From the human T2T-CHM13v2.0 reference genome, Homo sapiens, in the NCBI RefSeq assembly GCF_009914755.1, contig NC_060938.1: a DNA stretch of 64,000 nt, one strand, 5' to 3'. Of this stretch, positions 1 to 14,559 are shown piece after piece. Below the pieces are notes generated by a model. It worked only from the letters and a program-made list of their open reading frames with translations, had not been told where the DNA came from and searched no databases. Made by a program: the position numbers and the translations under genes. Numbering within the stretch: position 1 is the stretch's first letter; every line of letters begins with the position of its first letter.

Positions 1-168
1 AGTCTGTGTCTTTCCAACAACATGCTATGTGGATGTGGGGAGTGAGCCTGTTGATTCTTTTCAAACTGCAGACTTATCAGGAAGCCAGGAAGCACTTCTA
101 ATCTAAGGACCTATATAAAGGAAAAAATTCTCAAATGAAGAGTAAAGTTTTATATATAAGAATATTCA

Positions 169-447
169 GGCCAGGCAAGGTGGCTCACGCCTGTAATCCC
201 AGCATTTTGGGAGGCCAAGGTGGGCAGATTACTTGAGGTCAGGAGTTTGAGACCAGCCTGGCCAACATGATGAAACTCTGTCGGTACTAAAAATACAAAA
301 TATTAGCCAGGCTTGACGGTGCACAACTGTAACCTCAGCTACTCGAGAGGCTGAGCCAGTAGGATTGCTTGAACCCAGGAGGCAGAGGTTGCAGTGAGCC
401 AAGATTGAGCCATTGTACTCCAGCCTGGGTGACAGAGCAAGACTCTA

Positions 448-479
<32 letters not shown>
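169..479 (+). mobile_element. AluS element
   Basis: Full dimer from ggccaggc…tggctcacgcctgtaatcccagc to a long A tail at 451-479. Confidence 0.97.
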
Positions 480-519
<40 letters not shown>

Positions 520-702
520 TATATATATGTGTGTATATATACATATATATACGTATATATATGTATATATACATATATGTGTATATATATGTATATATAT
601 ACATATATATGTGTATATATATACACATATATATGTGTGTGTATATATACACATATATATGTGTGTGTATATATACACATATATATGTGTGTATATATAT
701 AT
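479..702. repeat. Compound (AT)n/(AC)/(GT) microsatellite
   Basis: About 220 bp of alternating purine-pyrimidine sequence continuing from the Alu tail. Confidence 0.97.
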
Positions 703-1446
703 TCATTATGGGCTGTTTACAATAGCTAGAAATTATCTAAATGTAGACAATAAAGTAATAGTTAAGTAAATAATGGGATAATTATACAATAGAATAGTGT
801 GCAATCATATAAAGTGCTCTACTAAAAAATCTTAATGCCATAGGGAAAGCAGAATACCAAATTTGTATATGTCATATTACCTTAACTGTGTAAACATATA
901 TATATATACACACACATACATAGGAGAAAACAGACAGAAGCATACTGTTTTCAGTGTGCTTACTGAAATGGTAACTGTGATAATTATGTATCTTTGAGTG
1001 CTGAAACTAGGTGGTGATTTTTATTTTTAAAATAACATTCACACAGTTACCATAATGATTTTCCTACAGGAAAAAGAAGCAAGTAAGATAACCTAAAATA
1101 TACTAGTAAGAGTAATCAAATGATATAAATTTTTACGTGAAAGACAGTTTTCAATGACTCTCTGTCAATCTCTGAATAGGGGGAGATGCATTATCACGAC
1201 AAACCAGACTCAATCATAGCAATGTGCTACCTTGGATTTTTGACATGTCAAGTACAAATAATATAACATCAGAAAACATCAACTGTATTTAATTTGTGTC
1301 TCTGAGAAGAAAGCTATTAAACTTTCAAATTTTCCTTTTTTCTTTACTTTATGACCAGCATTATTTTTCCTGTTACTTAAAATTTATTTATGAACTAAAG
1401 GTTATTTTAATTTTGTTTTTTGTGCTGCTGTAAAAATCATGGTCAT

Positions 1447-2140
1447 TGTGCTGGTTTGAATCTTTTGAGATTCAGGTGTCAAGATTAGATGTGCAAGACA
1501 TTTATTGAGGTAATGCAGGCAAACAATAAATGGAGAGAGCAGGAGTGGGCAGAAAGTGCCTTCAGACAGAAACAAAAGTCTGACCCCTGTGGCAGCGAGG
1601 CCATTGGGCAGTTCTTAAACCAAAGTACCCACTGAAAGACAGACTTAGTCCATTTGTGCTGCTATAACAGAACATCTGAGATTGGGTAATTTATAAAAAA
1701 AAGGAAATTTATTTCCTCATGGTTCTGGAGGATGGAAAGTCCAAGATTAAGGCACCAGCCTCTGGTCTCTGGTGAGGACCTTCTTGCTATGTCCTCACAT
1801 GGCAGAAGAGCAAAAGGGAGCAAACCTACTCCACAAGCCCTTTTTATATGGCCCTAATTCAATCACAAGGGAAGAGTCCCTCATGACCTAATCAACTTGC
1901 AGAGGCCCCATCTTCCAATACTATCATCTTGGTGATTAGGTTTCAATATTAATTTTGGAGGGGGCAGCACATTCAAACCATATCAAGAACACTGTGTCTC
2001 ACAGGAATGGAACTGTATGTGTGTCTCCATTGTGGTCAGTCATTGGCTCAGGGCAGCCATGGGAATTGTCCCCTTGGTACAAATGATGGTGGTGCATTCA
2101 GAAGGTCATTCAGTAGGGCCACAATAAATTATGTCCATTA
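1447..2140 (-). mobile_element. Old MLT1-type MaLR LTR with a nested MST/MLT1A-type LTR (~1642-1985)
   Basis: The inner element runs ttagtccatttgtgctgctataacag…attcaaaccatatca, typical of MST. The outer flanks resemble an older MLT1. Confidence 0.65.
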
Positions 2141-3173
2141 CATTAGGATATATGAGTGGCACAAGTTCAGGGTTATCATAGTCATAAGATGCACATTACA
2201 AGAAGACAGATAGATGGGTAGTTCCATAAGCCTTTGAAACACAGAATGAGTGACCTTGACATTTTCTTCAAGTTCATTGCCATATGCTGCAGTGCCAAGA
2301 GGCAATGCCTAGAATAACTTGGAATGAAGCATATTTGAATTTGTGAGCTGATAATGTATATCACTTTAAAATCACCTCACAGATACAGAAATAGTTATTG
2401 TGTGCATATTTAATTTCTCTAGATGAACTTCGGCTGGGGACAGGCAACTCATCTACTCTAATGTACTTTTGTTTTTGCTAATTCCCTATTTCAGGTAAAT
2501 GTAATGAAGATAATAATATATTGTAAATGAGATATCAATTTAGGACATTTCACAGTACTTCCTTTGAAAATATTGGCTCAACAGAAACTATAATTACTGG
2601 AAAGCAAAAAATGTAAAGCTGCCATACAAACTGAAGTGTTTCTACTATTTCTCTGAGGAATTTAATCAATTCAGTCAAAGCAATCAACAAAACCAGTTGT
2701 TTATTATTATACATGCCAAATCATTTAATGACTAACTAGGTTTCTTCAGATTTCACTGACTAGATGTTGAACTGCTGGGATAACATAAACCAACATGCCC
2801 AAAAGGCTCTTCAGGTTGCAAGACTTCAGAAAATTCACTAGAGCTAATATTAATGAGTAAAACCCCATCTTCTCTCAATTATTTTACATTAGAAACAAAA
2901 ACACTCTTGAATTATTAAATGGTCAAAACAACCAGTGAGGCTGTATAATATCATACATTCTTATTAATTTTTTTAAGTTATCTTGCTCTGAGGGGTGACT
3001 ATATTTTTAAATTTTGCCTCTGGGATCCACTTTATTAGGATATCTTTGTGTTTCTGGGACAGAACAGACCCTGTATGCTCTGCTCGTGGTATAAGCTCAC
3101 GACTGCTTCTTGATTTGATTTGTGTTACTCTAGAAAGACAAATGAGGAACCAGACTATTTCAGTCTGTGATTC

Positions 3174-3346
3174 ATTCTCAAGTCAAGTGTGGTTCCTGGA
3201 CCTAGCAGGAGCAGCATGCTCCCGGGAACGTGTTGGAAATGCAAATCCACAAGCCCACCTCAGACCTACCGAAAGTGGCACTTTGGGGATGAGGCGAGCA
3301 ATATGAGTTCTAACAATCCACCCAGGTGACTCTGATGCATGCTAGG
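3174..3346. mobile_element. MER5A (hAT-Charlie MITE)
   Basis: aagtgtggttcctggacc…gcagca…gaaatgcaaat…cagacctac…ccaggtgactctgatgca matches MER5A. Confidence 0.8.
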
Positions 3347-5415
3347 AGGAGGTCTGGCTGACACCACTCCCCATGGTGTATTCTTCGGAAGGGTATTCTG
3401 TGGCATATTAACACGTGTCACACAATGAAGGGGTTCCTCATTTGAATACGTTTGGGAAATTCTGAGATAAAAAAGTTAAATAGAGCAAATGGACCACACT
3501 CCTCCACAGTTTCCCTATAGGTTATCATATACAGATACCTGTTTAATGTCCCACAAATAGGATATCCCATGCTCTTTCTCCCAAGAGTCTAGTTCTCCAT
3601 CCCTCTCAGCTATTCAGAGAAAGAATTCTTCTTTCAGTACAGAGTCCACTTTTTTTCCACCCAAACGTGACTGACAGGGGGAAAATTCAGTGTGGTTTGA
3701 TGCCTCATTCCCTCTACTGCAAGGCAATCATGATAAGAAATGGGTAACATGTTAAACAAAGTCTGAGTTATTCAGTCTTAAATAATTACCCCTTTGGGAC
3801 AATATTCAATTTACTCCACATATATATTTGGAGAAAAGACACGTCTTCAAGGACAAAGTCTTGCTACAAACATAGCAAATTCCTAGTACTAAACTGAATG
3901 AAAACATCTTGGTCTGAATTATCTATATTTGTATTATTTCAGTGGTTCAGGGCTTTCCCAAAATTAATGTGGGGTCATTTGCTTTCCATCTATCTTCAAT
4001 GTAAAACCTAACAAGGACTTGCCTACAGAATGGATTCTAGCTTCCACTTTAGCACACAGAAGTAGGTGATGAACCCCAGGGTGGTAGTTTTTCAGTTTCA
4101 GTAACTTGCACTGCAAACTCTACCACTAACAACAGGAAGAAGCTGTAGGCAACTTAAATTATACTGGTTTTCCACTAACACAGGGGATACTAAATAAGAC
4201 TTAAATGAGTTCAAATTACTTCTTCACTTAAGAAAAAAATTTTAATATACTCCAATGCTGTAAAATTTTAGTTTAATTTAATAATGAAAAATAGATAATT
4301 TAAAACGTTCATTTTTGGTTAAATATTGTACGCTGGAGAGCAGGAGGACAAGCATGCAGTAAAGGGGATTATTCCAGCCTCTACAGAAACAACATTGCAT
4401 TTTTTGTTCGCCTTTGCCTGGGTCAAGATATACTCCCATACAACCAAGTACAAACATCTAATGGCCATGTAGAGAAGAAGCTTCCCAAAAACTCAGACCC
4501 TAATGAAAGCTGATAAAACCTGGGTGAGACAAAACTTAGAGAATAACTCAAGCATGACTTCAGACTTAAAACCTCTTAAAGGAACACGTCAAATTATGCC
4601 AAGTTGCTTGTGCCCAGTTGTAATGAGAACAATTCAGTGCTGTAGGAGAAAGGGCACTAATTTAAGAGTTGTTGGCATGGCAAACAATAGATGATGTCTC
4701 ATCCCTTTATATCCTATAATAAGTGTGTGTCATCCCAGCCTCTCCTCTAGTTCCTCTGACTCAAATTCATGTATTGTTTAAAAACTTACTAAAATGCACT
4801 GAATCAGAGCACTGCAGACAATAAAAATAGAGGCAGTTTTTGACGCCAAGCCAAATAATTTTGGCATTTATTCCCAATATGCATGTAAACAAACTGTCAG
4901 GCACCCTTATGTACGAATGGAAAATTATTCATAAAGGGGAATGATGACTGAAGTTCTGAGAACAGTTACCACTGCAGGGAATTAATTCACTGACGCATGT
5001 AGTCTGTGGAGGGCTGTTCCTTCATTTAGTGTCACATCACATTAGCAAACATTTCATTTCATGTCGTACACCACTAAACACAAAACTCTATGTAAACCAC
5101 CATAATTAAAACCCAAGTCTTTCAAAACAAAAACGTTAAGGCTCTCTAATGTTCTGTTTTTTCTTTCTCCATAAAAAAGGAGGGAAAGAGGTAGGATTAC
5201 TACCTGAAAGCTGGGAGGTCAGACCTTAGAAAATGGCCATCAATAAGGCAGTCACATCTCTTAAATAAGGGGAGTGATGGAGAGATAAAAGCAGTACAAC
5301 TGGATTTTAAATGTGTTAAAATAAACAAAACAAAACAAAAGTTTTGTTTTGTTTGGATGAGGGGTCATAGATTCTGGTTCATTCTTATAGAAAATCAGAA
5401 AATCTAAGTTTTAGT

Positions 5416-5860
5416 TGTAGCAGAGACCGCTAGATACCCACAACTATGTATCCTCCCCATTCTATAGTCATATGATTTGTAACTGGGTACATGGCCTTCA
5501 AATTTGTCTGTATATTCCAGGATCCCTTATAAGCCAAGTGTGGCCTATGACTAACTTGTAGCTGTAGGGATGGATACAGAAAGGATGTGTGCACCTTGCA
5601 GGGTGTACCTCTAAAGAGAAGGGGCATGCTCTCCACTTCCCCTTCCTCCTTTTCACTGACTGAAATGTGGATGAACATGTAGATACACGTGAAGGCAGTA
5701 CCTCAGTGACCAGGACCAGGAAGAAAGGATCCTGGGTTCTAGGACCATTGCGTTGCCATAGGAACCCTGACCACTCACACACAATTTAAAAAACCTATTT
5801 TTATAAAGTCATAGTATTAGATTAGCTGTTATTGAAGTCACATGCATATTCTAATAAATA
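5416..5860 (+). mobile_element. Old MLT1 (J/I/K-like) MaLR LTR
   Basis: Begins tgtagcagag…gctagatac, has the internal gtggcc…tgactaa motif, and ends …ctaataaataca. Confidence 0.55.
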
Positions 5861-5909
5861 CAATATATGTTTGTTAAAAATGAAGGATATAAGTCTTCTA
5901 GTCCTGTAT

Positions 5910-6045
5910 AGCAATGGTTGGTAAATTATAGCCATAGGTCAAATCTGGCCAATGCTTGCTTTTGTAAGCAAAGTTTTACTGAAGCACAGCTATGTTCATT
6001 CACTTATGTATTGGCTGTTTTCCCACTATAATATCAGAGTTGAGG
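5910..6045. mobile_element. MER58-like hAT MITE fragment
   Basis: ggttggtaaattatagcc…aaatctggcc…ttttgtaagcaaagttttactgaagcacagc. Confidence 0.7.
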
Positions 6046-6201
6046 TGTATCACGAGAACACACTCACTATCGTGAGGACAGCACTAAGCCATAAGCAATC
6101 CACCCTTAAGACCCAAACACCTCCCACCAGGCCCTGCCACCAACATTGGGGATTGCAATTCAACATGAGATTTGATGGGGACATATATTGAAACTATATC
6201 A
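6046..6201 (-). mobile_element. MST LTR fragment
   Basis: actcactatcgtgaggacagcac…cctcccaccaggccc…aattcaacatgagatttg…aactatatca. Confidence 0.8.
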
Positions 6202-6838
6202 TCTACCAAAGAACACAGGCCAAGTTCAATGGAATGAGATCAAGTGCTTGGAAATCACCTAATGAGTATATGGTGTCCACGGTACTCTTACATTTGTTAA
6301 ACAAAAATTAACTGTATGCTCAAGTATCTTATGAAATTCTTACCACTGGAGAAATACAGAGAAGGGCCCATTATTCCAGTTGTGGGTAAAGGAGAAACAC
6401 TCATCCTTTGGGGCTACCCAAGGACAGAAATAGTGAAGAGAACTTTAGTCTTTGGGCTTCTCTGGGTGTATTCTGTTTGTGTGCAGCCCAAGGGAGCCTA
6501 CTATATTTTTATTACTCACTCCAGTCTTGGTCATACCTTCTTTCTGGGGCATTTGGTGGACTGTCTCTCATTGCCAGCACCTGTTACGACGTCATGCACC
6601 TCAGCCTCAACTACTTTTCCACAAGACTACACAAATTCTTTAATTATCTACAGAGCCTACTAAGAGAAGGCTGACATGAACCGAGCAAGTGATGGGCAGG
6701 CACAATGAGGGGGATGAAGATGCAGAAATGATACATTGACTTTCTTCTCATATCCCCATGGAATTAGAAATATTTCTTTTCACTTCCAAAATTGTGAATA
6801 GAGTACCACTCTTTTAAAATTCTTATTATTAAAAAAAA

Positions 6839-7108
6839 TTTTTTAGAGGCAGGGTCTCACTCTGTGGCACAATCATAGCTCATTATAACCTCAAACTCCT
6901 AGGCTCAAGTGTTCCTCCCACCTCAGCCTCCCAAGTAGCTAGAACTATAGACACATGCACCACACCTGGCTAATTTTTAAATAATTTTTTGTAGAGACAG
7001 GGTCTCACTATGTTGCCTAGGCTGATCTCAAACTCCTGACCTCAAGTGGTTCTCCCACTTTGGCCTCCCAAAGCTCTGGGATTACAGACGAGAGCCATCT
7101 CGCCCAAC
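6839..7108 (-). mobile_element. AluJ element with a small internal deletion
   Basis: Antisense Alu with J-type features (atcatagctca, gggtctcactatgttgcc). Confidence 0.92.
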
Positions 7109-7556
7109 CAATTAACACTCTTTAAATCTAGAACCAGGGTTGATCCAGAGCCAGATTTTTTTTTTTCTGGGATGTTATAGGCTATACTTCGAGTAACTGG
7201 TCTTATTAACAGTTCATTAAATAAATATTTCCTGTCACCTGTATGTAAGCTATTGTTTTAGGTACTCTGGATTCCAGGATGGATAATAATGTGTCCTCTG
7301 CCTTTGATGAATTTACATCTAATTAAGAGGAAAAAATTCAAGGATAAACTACTCCCCTTTCTCCCCTTACCATTTTCCCCTAATGCACTAATATAGACAA
7401 ATACTATGCAAAATGGTATGCCAACTATTGGTCATCAAATTTGGTTCTACAGCTATTACAATACTTACATTGGAGTGGACCCTAGAGACTATGAGTTCAT
7501 TTCTGCTCCTAAAAATCAACTGCCTTTGAAAGCAAAAGGACAGAAAATAAAGGTCT

Positions 7557-7915
7557 GTATTAGTTTGTTCCCACATTGCTAAAAAGAACTACCTAAGACT
7601 GGGCAATTTATAAAGAAGAGAGGTTTAATTGACTCACAGTTCTGCATGGCTGGAGAGGTCTCAAGAAACTTATAATCATGGCAGAAGGCAAAGGGGAAGC
7701 AAGGCGCATGGTGGCAGGAGAGAGAGAGCAAGGAGGGGAACTGCCAAACACTTTTAAACCATCAGATCTCTTGAGAACTCACTCACTATCACGAGAACAG
7801 CATGGGGGAAACCCGGCCCCATGATGCAATCACCTCCCACCAGATATCTTCCTCAACATGTGGGCATTACAATTCAAGATGAGATTTGGTTGGGGACATA
7901 GAGCCAAACCAAATT
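7557..7915 (-). mobile_element. THE1D/MSTA solo LTR
   Basis: tgtattagtttgttc…gaggtttaattgactcacagttc…gagatttgg…ggggaca…gccaaacc. Confidence 0.9.
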
Positions 7916-8641
7916 AAGGTTTTTTGCTGATATAGGCTAAATCCATTTTGCTGATATCTGAGTATTACCAAAATTTGGGGGTGAAGAGAAAATTTAGACT
8001 GAGTTTTTTAAAAAGTCATTTTTTTGGTGTGTCCCTTAAAATTAGTATTTAATTTGTGCTGGTTTTTTGAAACAGGTCTAATATTTTCTGCAACCCAACA
8101 CATACTGCCTGAGTAATACACTAATGAAAAATTGCAATATTGCAGTATGGAAGTGACTTGAACTCAGTTTTCACATATTTGTTTCTGGACTACTAATGAC
8201 TTTCTGAAACCAAACCAAAACAAAAACACTCTATTTTTAAACTTCCAATGAAAGAAAGAATGGTTAAGAAAGTTTGGGGATCAATTTTCTTCTCCTAGAG
8301 AGGCAATTTTGAGACCACAGTTTTCATTTACAACTTTCAGAGACATTTTACCACCACAAATGTGTTTCATGCATAATAGAACCACATGGAAGTCACTGGA
8401 GTTGTGGTTGTCCCTTTGCTGGTAACTGCCAAATCTGGTCATCAAAGAGTTGCATGTTCTAGGACTGGCCTTAGGCAAAATTACCAAGTAGGTATGTAGT
8501 TTGTCTTTGACACCTCTCACTTCCTATTTTCAGGCGTCCTTCTACTCTTTCTGTAGTTGCCCTTCTCTCTTCTTTAAAAAAATCAGTTCCTCATGCTCAA
8601 TTCTCAGCCTCACTCCCACTATATTTTATGATCCTATAATG

Positions 8642-9173
8642 CAGGGGTCCCCAACTCCTGGGCCATGGACTGGTATTGGTCCACGGCCTTTTAGGAACTG
8701 GGCCACACAGTAGGAGGCAAGTGGTGGGCAAGCAAGCAAGGCTTTGTTTCTATTTACAGCCTCTCCCCATCACTTGCATTACTGCCTGAGCTCTGCCTCC
8801 TGTCACATCAGCAGTGGCATTAGATTCTCATAGGAGTGCAAAGCCTATTGTGAACTGCACATGTGAGGGATCTGGGTTGCATACTCCTTATGAGAATTCA
8901 ATGCCTGATGATCTGTCACTGTCTCTCATAACCCCCAGATGAGACCATCTAGTTGCAGGAAAACAAGCTCAGGGCTCCCACTGATTCTACATTATGGTGA
9001 GTTGTATAATTATGTCATTATATATATATTACAATGTAATAATAATAGAAATAAAGTGCACAATAAATGTAATGTACTTGAATCATCTTGAAACCATCTC
9101 CCTCCCCACAGTCTGTGGATAAATTATCTTCCATGAAACTGGTCCCTGATGCCAAAAAGGTTGGGGACCACTG
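8642..9173. mobile_element. MER1A (hAT-Charlie), full length
   Basis: TIRs caggggtccccaac and gttggggaccactg, length about 530 bp, degenerate 8-bp TSD ctataatg/ctgtgatg. Confidence 0.9.
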
Positions 9174-9174
9174 C

Positions 9175-9739
<565 letters not shown>

Positions 9740-11730
9740 GACCTCATAAATTGACAATCATTGCCACTTGTTACTATCAAAATCTAGCTTTTTATGTCAC
9801 ATTCCCTTAGAGCCTTTTTTCCTCCAAAACATTCCTGGAGCTAATCTGCTTAAGTAGATTGAGTTAATGTATTTTGACTGTTAAATGTTTTAATGAATTA
9901 CACTGGTGGCTTCACTGTGTATTATTTTGAGGTTATAACTTCAGGTTTCTCAAAAGTTAATATAATAACTGGCCATGTGAAGAATAATTTTCATCTTTTC
10001 CTGACTGTTGAACAAAAGTGCATTCTTTTGTTGCCTACATATAATAATCTCTTTTAAGAATTTAGTACCGGAAAAATCTCTCTTTCCTAGGACTGGCCTT
10101 AGGCAAAATTACCAAGTAGGTATAGTAGGTATAGACAAACTGATGTCTTTTCTTTTAATAGGTGATAATTGTATAATAAATTCTAATAATAATTTTATTT
10201 GGCCAGCTTCAGGAAACTTAGAGCTCAATTAATGTTTAAGCATAGTAATAATATTAGTCTGTGTTCAGGGCATGTTTAACTCTTTCTGTGGTATCTATAA
10301 TAATGGTCTAAGGGTAAAGATCTTTTTAAATATGGGCTACCTCATGTTTTCTTAGAAGCAAACAAAAATAAATATAGATTTGATTCTAAAATATTACTCC
10401 TTGCAGAAGCATATTCACAATTTTCTAGAATCATATGGAAGCAAATTATCCCAGAACAGTGGTTACAATGATAACTGAGACATGAAAAGGCCTTGGGGGG
10501 ATTATTTTCATAGTCTGTTGGTGTCCGCCAAATTACACTCTTAGGGAGTTGCTTTAATAGGCCCACCTTTAGGCCTGGCCCAGGAAGACAATCCCTGTGT
10601 TGCTTGTGCTAGGGAGAGGGAGTTTGGTGAGCTCCTCCTGGTAGCTGGCATAGCAGCTTGAAAGAACTATTCAAGAGAAGATGAGAAGCATGTCAATTTG
10701 TAATCTGCTCTAGCCTAGAAGGTTATGCAGAAAGACCCCATGAAGGGAGGGGGTGAGAAGGAACTTATCAACAAACTCTTCTGATATAAATATTCAAACC
10801 TAGTTTTCATTGGTCTAAATGCTATTTTTGTTTCTGAAATGATGTCCTGTGGAAAAAAATCAGGGCAACTAGAGCATGCCTGTGCACACCTGGGATTTTA
10901 TAAGAGTTCGAGTTCTAAGTAAAAGTTCCAGTTCTTTTATTCAACCACCTACCCCCCAACCTAATTCCCATCTAGTTCCCTCTTAACTTAGAAGAACACC
11001 TTCATTTAAAGAGAACCTTCGCTGTGGATCTCCTTCACATGATGTAAAATGGCCTCTTTTAGAATTTAATTCTGCACAGCTGGACAAGCAAGGGGGGCGA
11101 TGCAGGTTGCCACAGAAACTGCTGTTGGTGCTGGGATTCTTTATACTTTGTTCCTAAAAATAAGATGTGAAATGTACCGAGGGTGTGATTAGTGCAGCAC
11201 AGAAGGGAATTTCTAAAAGGAGAGCCAAACCTCCCGCCCCCATAGGAACGGGGGTGTTCTTCATAGCTGGAGGACAGGACATAAATCCGGGAGCAGATGC
11301 TCAACACGGTTCCTCCCTCAAAGGTGCAGGGAAAGACAAGTGGGAAAAGTGGCTTTTAAAGAGGAAAACCATCTTCCATCAAGCAAAATTCATATAAATT
11401 CCAAGGTTGAGATGTCCTGAAATTACCCAGGAAGTAAATAGAACTGTTCTCCCCAGCCTACAAAAAAGCCACAGAAATTTGGCAAGGACACTACATCAGA
11501 TTATTGTAGTCCAATATCCAGCCCAGCACAGGATCCTGTCACATTCCACTTTGGCCAGATGGCTCCCTGGTCAGCCTGGACATATTCAGTGGCCTTCATT
11601 TTTTGGGGGAACATGTGACAACTAGAATGTCTCTCTAAATATTGTTGGAGTCTGCCTTTCTGTAACTTCCACTTATTTGCCCTTGTTTACCTTCTGGGGC
11701 AACAAAGAAAAGTCAGTTGTTATATTATTT

Positions 11731-11981
11731 GGCTGGAATGCAGTGATCTCGGTTCACTGCAGCCTCTGCCTCCCAGGTTCCAGCAATTCTCCTGCCTCAG
11801 CCTCCCAAGTAGCTGGGATTACCAGCATGGGCCACCATGCCCAGCTAATTTTTGTATTTTTAGTAGAGACAGGGTTTCACCATGCTGGCCAGGCTGGTCT
11901 CGAACTCCTGACCTAAGGTGATCTGCCTGCCTTGGCCTCCCAAAGCACTGAGATTACAGGCGTGAGCCACCACACCTGGCC
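11731..11981 (-). mobile_element. AluS lacking its 3' end and tail
   Basis: ggctggaatgcagtgatctcgg…gtgagccaccacacctggcc. Confidence 0.95.
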
Positions 11982-12247
11982 TGTTTTTTTTCTTTATACT
12001 TCTTCAAGGTAGATGTCACTTTTTTTTTTTTTTTACTTAATATGATAATTCTTTACTTAATACCAAAATGGAGCAATTGGCCTAGGGTATCCACTTGCAG
12101 TTCGGGGAGCCTGATCAAGCAGACAAGTCAGTTTCATAGATCTTTGGCTTCAGTGCAAAAGCAAACACCATTAAAGCTTTATCTTTTCATGGTTACACAC
12201 AGAAAATTCTTACGTGTTTCCCAAGCAAGGCCACGTGTGTGATTCAA

Positions 12248-12572
12248 CATCTACTATGTGCCAGGCACTGTACTAAATGCATACATTATTTTATTTGATC
12301 TGGTTACATGAGGTTACCTTTGACATCCCCAGAATTTTATAGAGGAAGTTCAATTCAGTCTGAATGGCAGCATCCTCATGGGTGTGTCCACCAAGTAGAG
12401 TGGCAAGGGCGTAGACTTGCTAAATCAGTGATCTTGGATAAGTTATATAATCTCTTTGAACTTCAGGTTTCTCATTTCTAAAAACTGGTATAATAAACTC
12501 TCATGAGTTATTAGAAGTAAAGAAAATTATATGCTGAAAATGTCAAATGTATAGTGGGTGCTCAATAAACCC
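12248..12572. mobile_element. MIR fragments
   Basis: ctactatgtgccaggcactg…; gtgatcttggataagtta…cttcaggtttctcatttctaaaactgg…gtgctcaataaa. Confidence 0.7.
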
Positions 12573-13989
12573 TAGTTCTCTTCTTCCCTTCCCTTGTAAT
12601 CCTATAGGTCTCCCACTATTGTTGTATAGCAGAGCTGTCAATCAAATGTCACCTCAGAGCCATATGCAAGCAAGCCTGGAAAAACTACCTGTACAAGTAT
12701 TAAGAGTCAATCTGAGCAAATAAACCATTAAATGAATAAACCCCTTTGTAAGCAGAATATAGTGAAGTGATATGGGCTGCTAACATGAAAGAACTTACTT
12801 CCCCCAAGGAAGTGATACCTAGATCTCATTAACAATTAAAATGAAAGAAAAAAATAGATATATACATACCATCAAGGAAAAGGTTGAGACAGACTTGTGT
12901 TAAGTCCGGAATTCCCTGCTGTGACTACCACCTCCCACCCCTCTATCCTTCCCAGTCTTCACTGCCCCTCACCTCTTCTTTACATCCCTGGAGGACATAA
13001 AGCCCTTTAGTTCTTTTGCCCTCATTCCTCCCTGCCCAGATGGACCTCATAGATAGTCTTTCAGTGAGACTCAGACCCCTTTTCTCATGGTCATCTCCCT
13101 CCCTAATCCCCAACTCCGGATAGACAATACCACCACCACCCACCTCCCTATTCTGCTGATAGTTCACCTCAGTGTTGGTAAGATGATAAAGGAAGCCTGG
13201 GAAGGAAAGGATACCTCTTGACCTTCAAGAAGGCTGAATAAATATAAGTTTTCAGGGATAAGATTGGTTAAGGCCTCATTATTCTTATATAATTGTGAAA
13301 CTTGTATAAAATAATATATATGTATACATAGCAAATAAACTTGGGGTATCTATGTAGCACCAACTTACGTGGGTCACCAGGTTGTGCAATGAGGTGTTGC
13401 ATGAGTGTGCTTGATTGGGGGGACCTCAGTCACTTGCTGGTGCCTAGTTGCATAGGAGGAGGTGGGAAAGAGTCCTGGCTTCTGTCATGGGAAAGCCAGG
13501 ACTCACAAAATAGGTAATTCTTCACATAGGAAGGGCATTCCAAGGTGTAAGGCAGCCAAAAATATATTAATCATCTACCCCATAGCACCTTGAATAAAGT
13601 GTCTTTTTCCTCCTAACATTTCTAAATCCATTCCTCTTGACCAAGAAGTGGAGTGCCTGAATACTGTAGCTACTAAGAAATTTTTAGAGTTCAAACAACC
13701 CTCAGAACTTTCCAATTCTAGAACAGTTTTTACGCAGTGATTTAGTAGGACACAGGCAAAGGTAACCTAGCCCATTTAGCTGCTATAAGAAGTAATTAGC
13801 AACTTCAATTATGCCAGAGTCCTTAAATGGACTTCAGGCTCTTCCATGTCTGCCTCGCCTCACTTTTTTTTTTTCAAAAGTAGTTTTGTTTTTCTTCTTG
13901 TTTTTCCTTAAGGGCCTAGTGATACCTATCTACTAATAGTAAAGTTTCACTTTTCTTATCAGTTGATATTTTACTAATTCACAAATTCA

Positions 13990-14381
<392 letters not shown>

Positions 14382-14559
14382 GAATGAAAGAACCCCAAGT
14401 TAAGGTACTATCTATAAAAGCTCATTGGAAAAAAAAGTGAAATTGTTATAATGCATAATATTACCAAAGTATAACAAAATGAGATTTATTAACAAATTGC
14501 ATTCTAATAATATACTACATTAGTCAGAAATTTGTAGATACACCACACTTCCAGAAATC

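Larger units (their letters stand above)
92..830 (+). mobile_element. Old L1M 3' fragment interrupted by an Alu
   Basis: The flanks on both sides of the Alu resemble the degenerate L1 ORF2 C-terminus/3' end (…atattcattatgggctgtttacaatagc…ctaaatgt…tacaatagaata). Confidence 0.55.

Noticed and set aside
339-769. Overlapping Y/I/H/T-rich ORFs (also at 14182-14403, 17196-17501 and 41233-41587)
   Set aside because: These are translations of dinucleotide microsatellites and Alu sequence, not genes.
11085-11250. G-rich CTCF-like, GC-box and NF-kB-like motifs
   Set aside because: The CTCF alignment is poor in the 5' half, and the other motifs are short enough to occur by chance.
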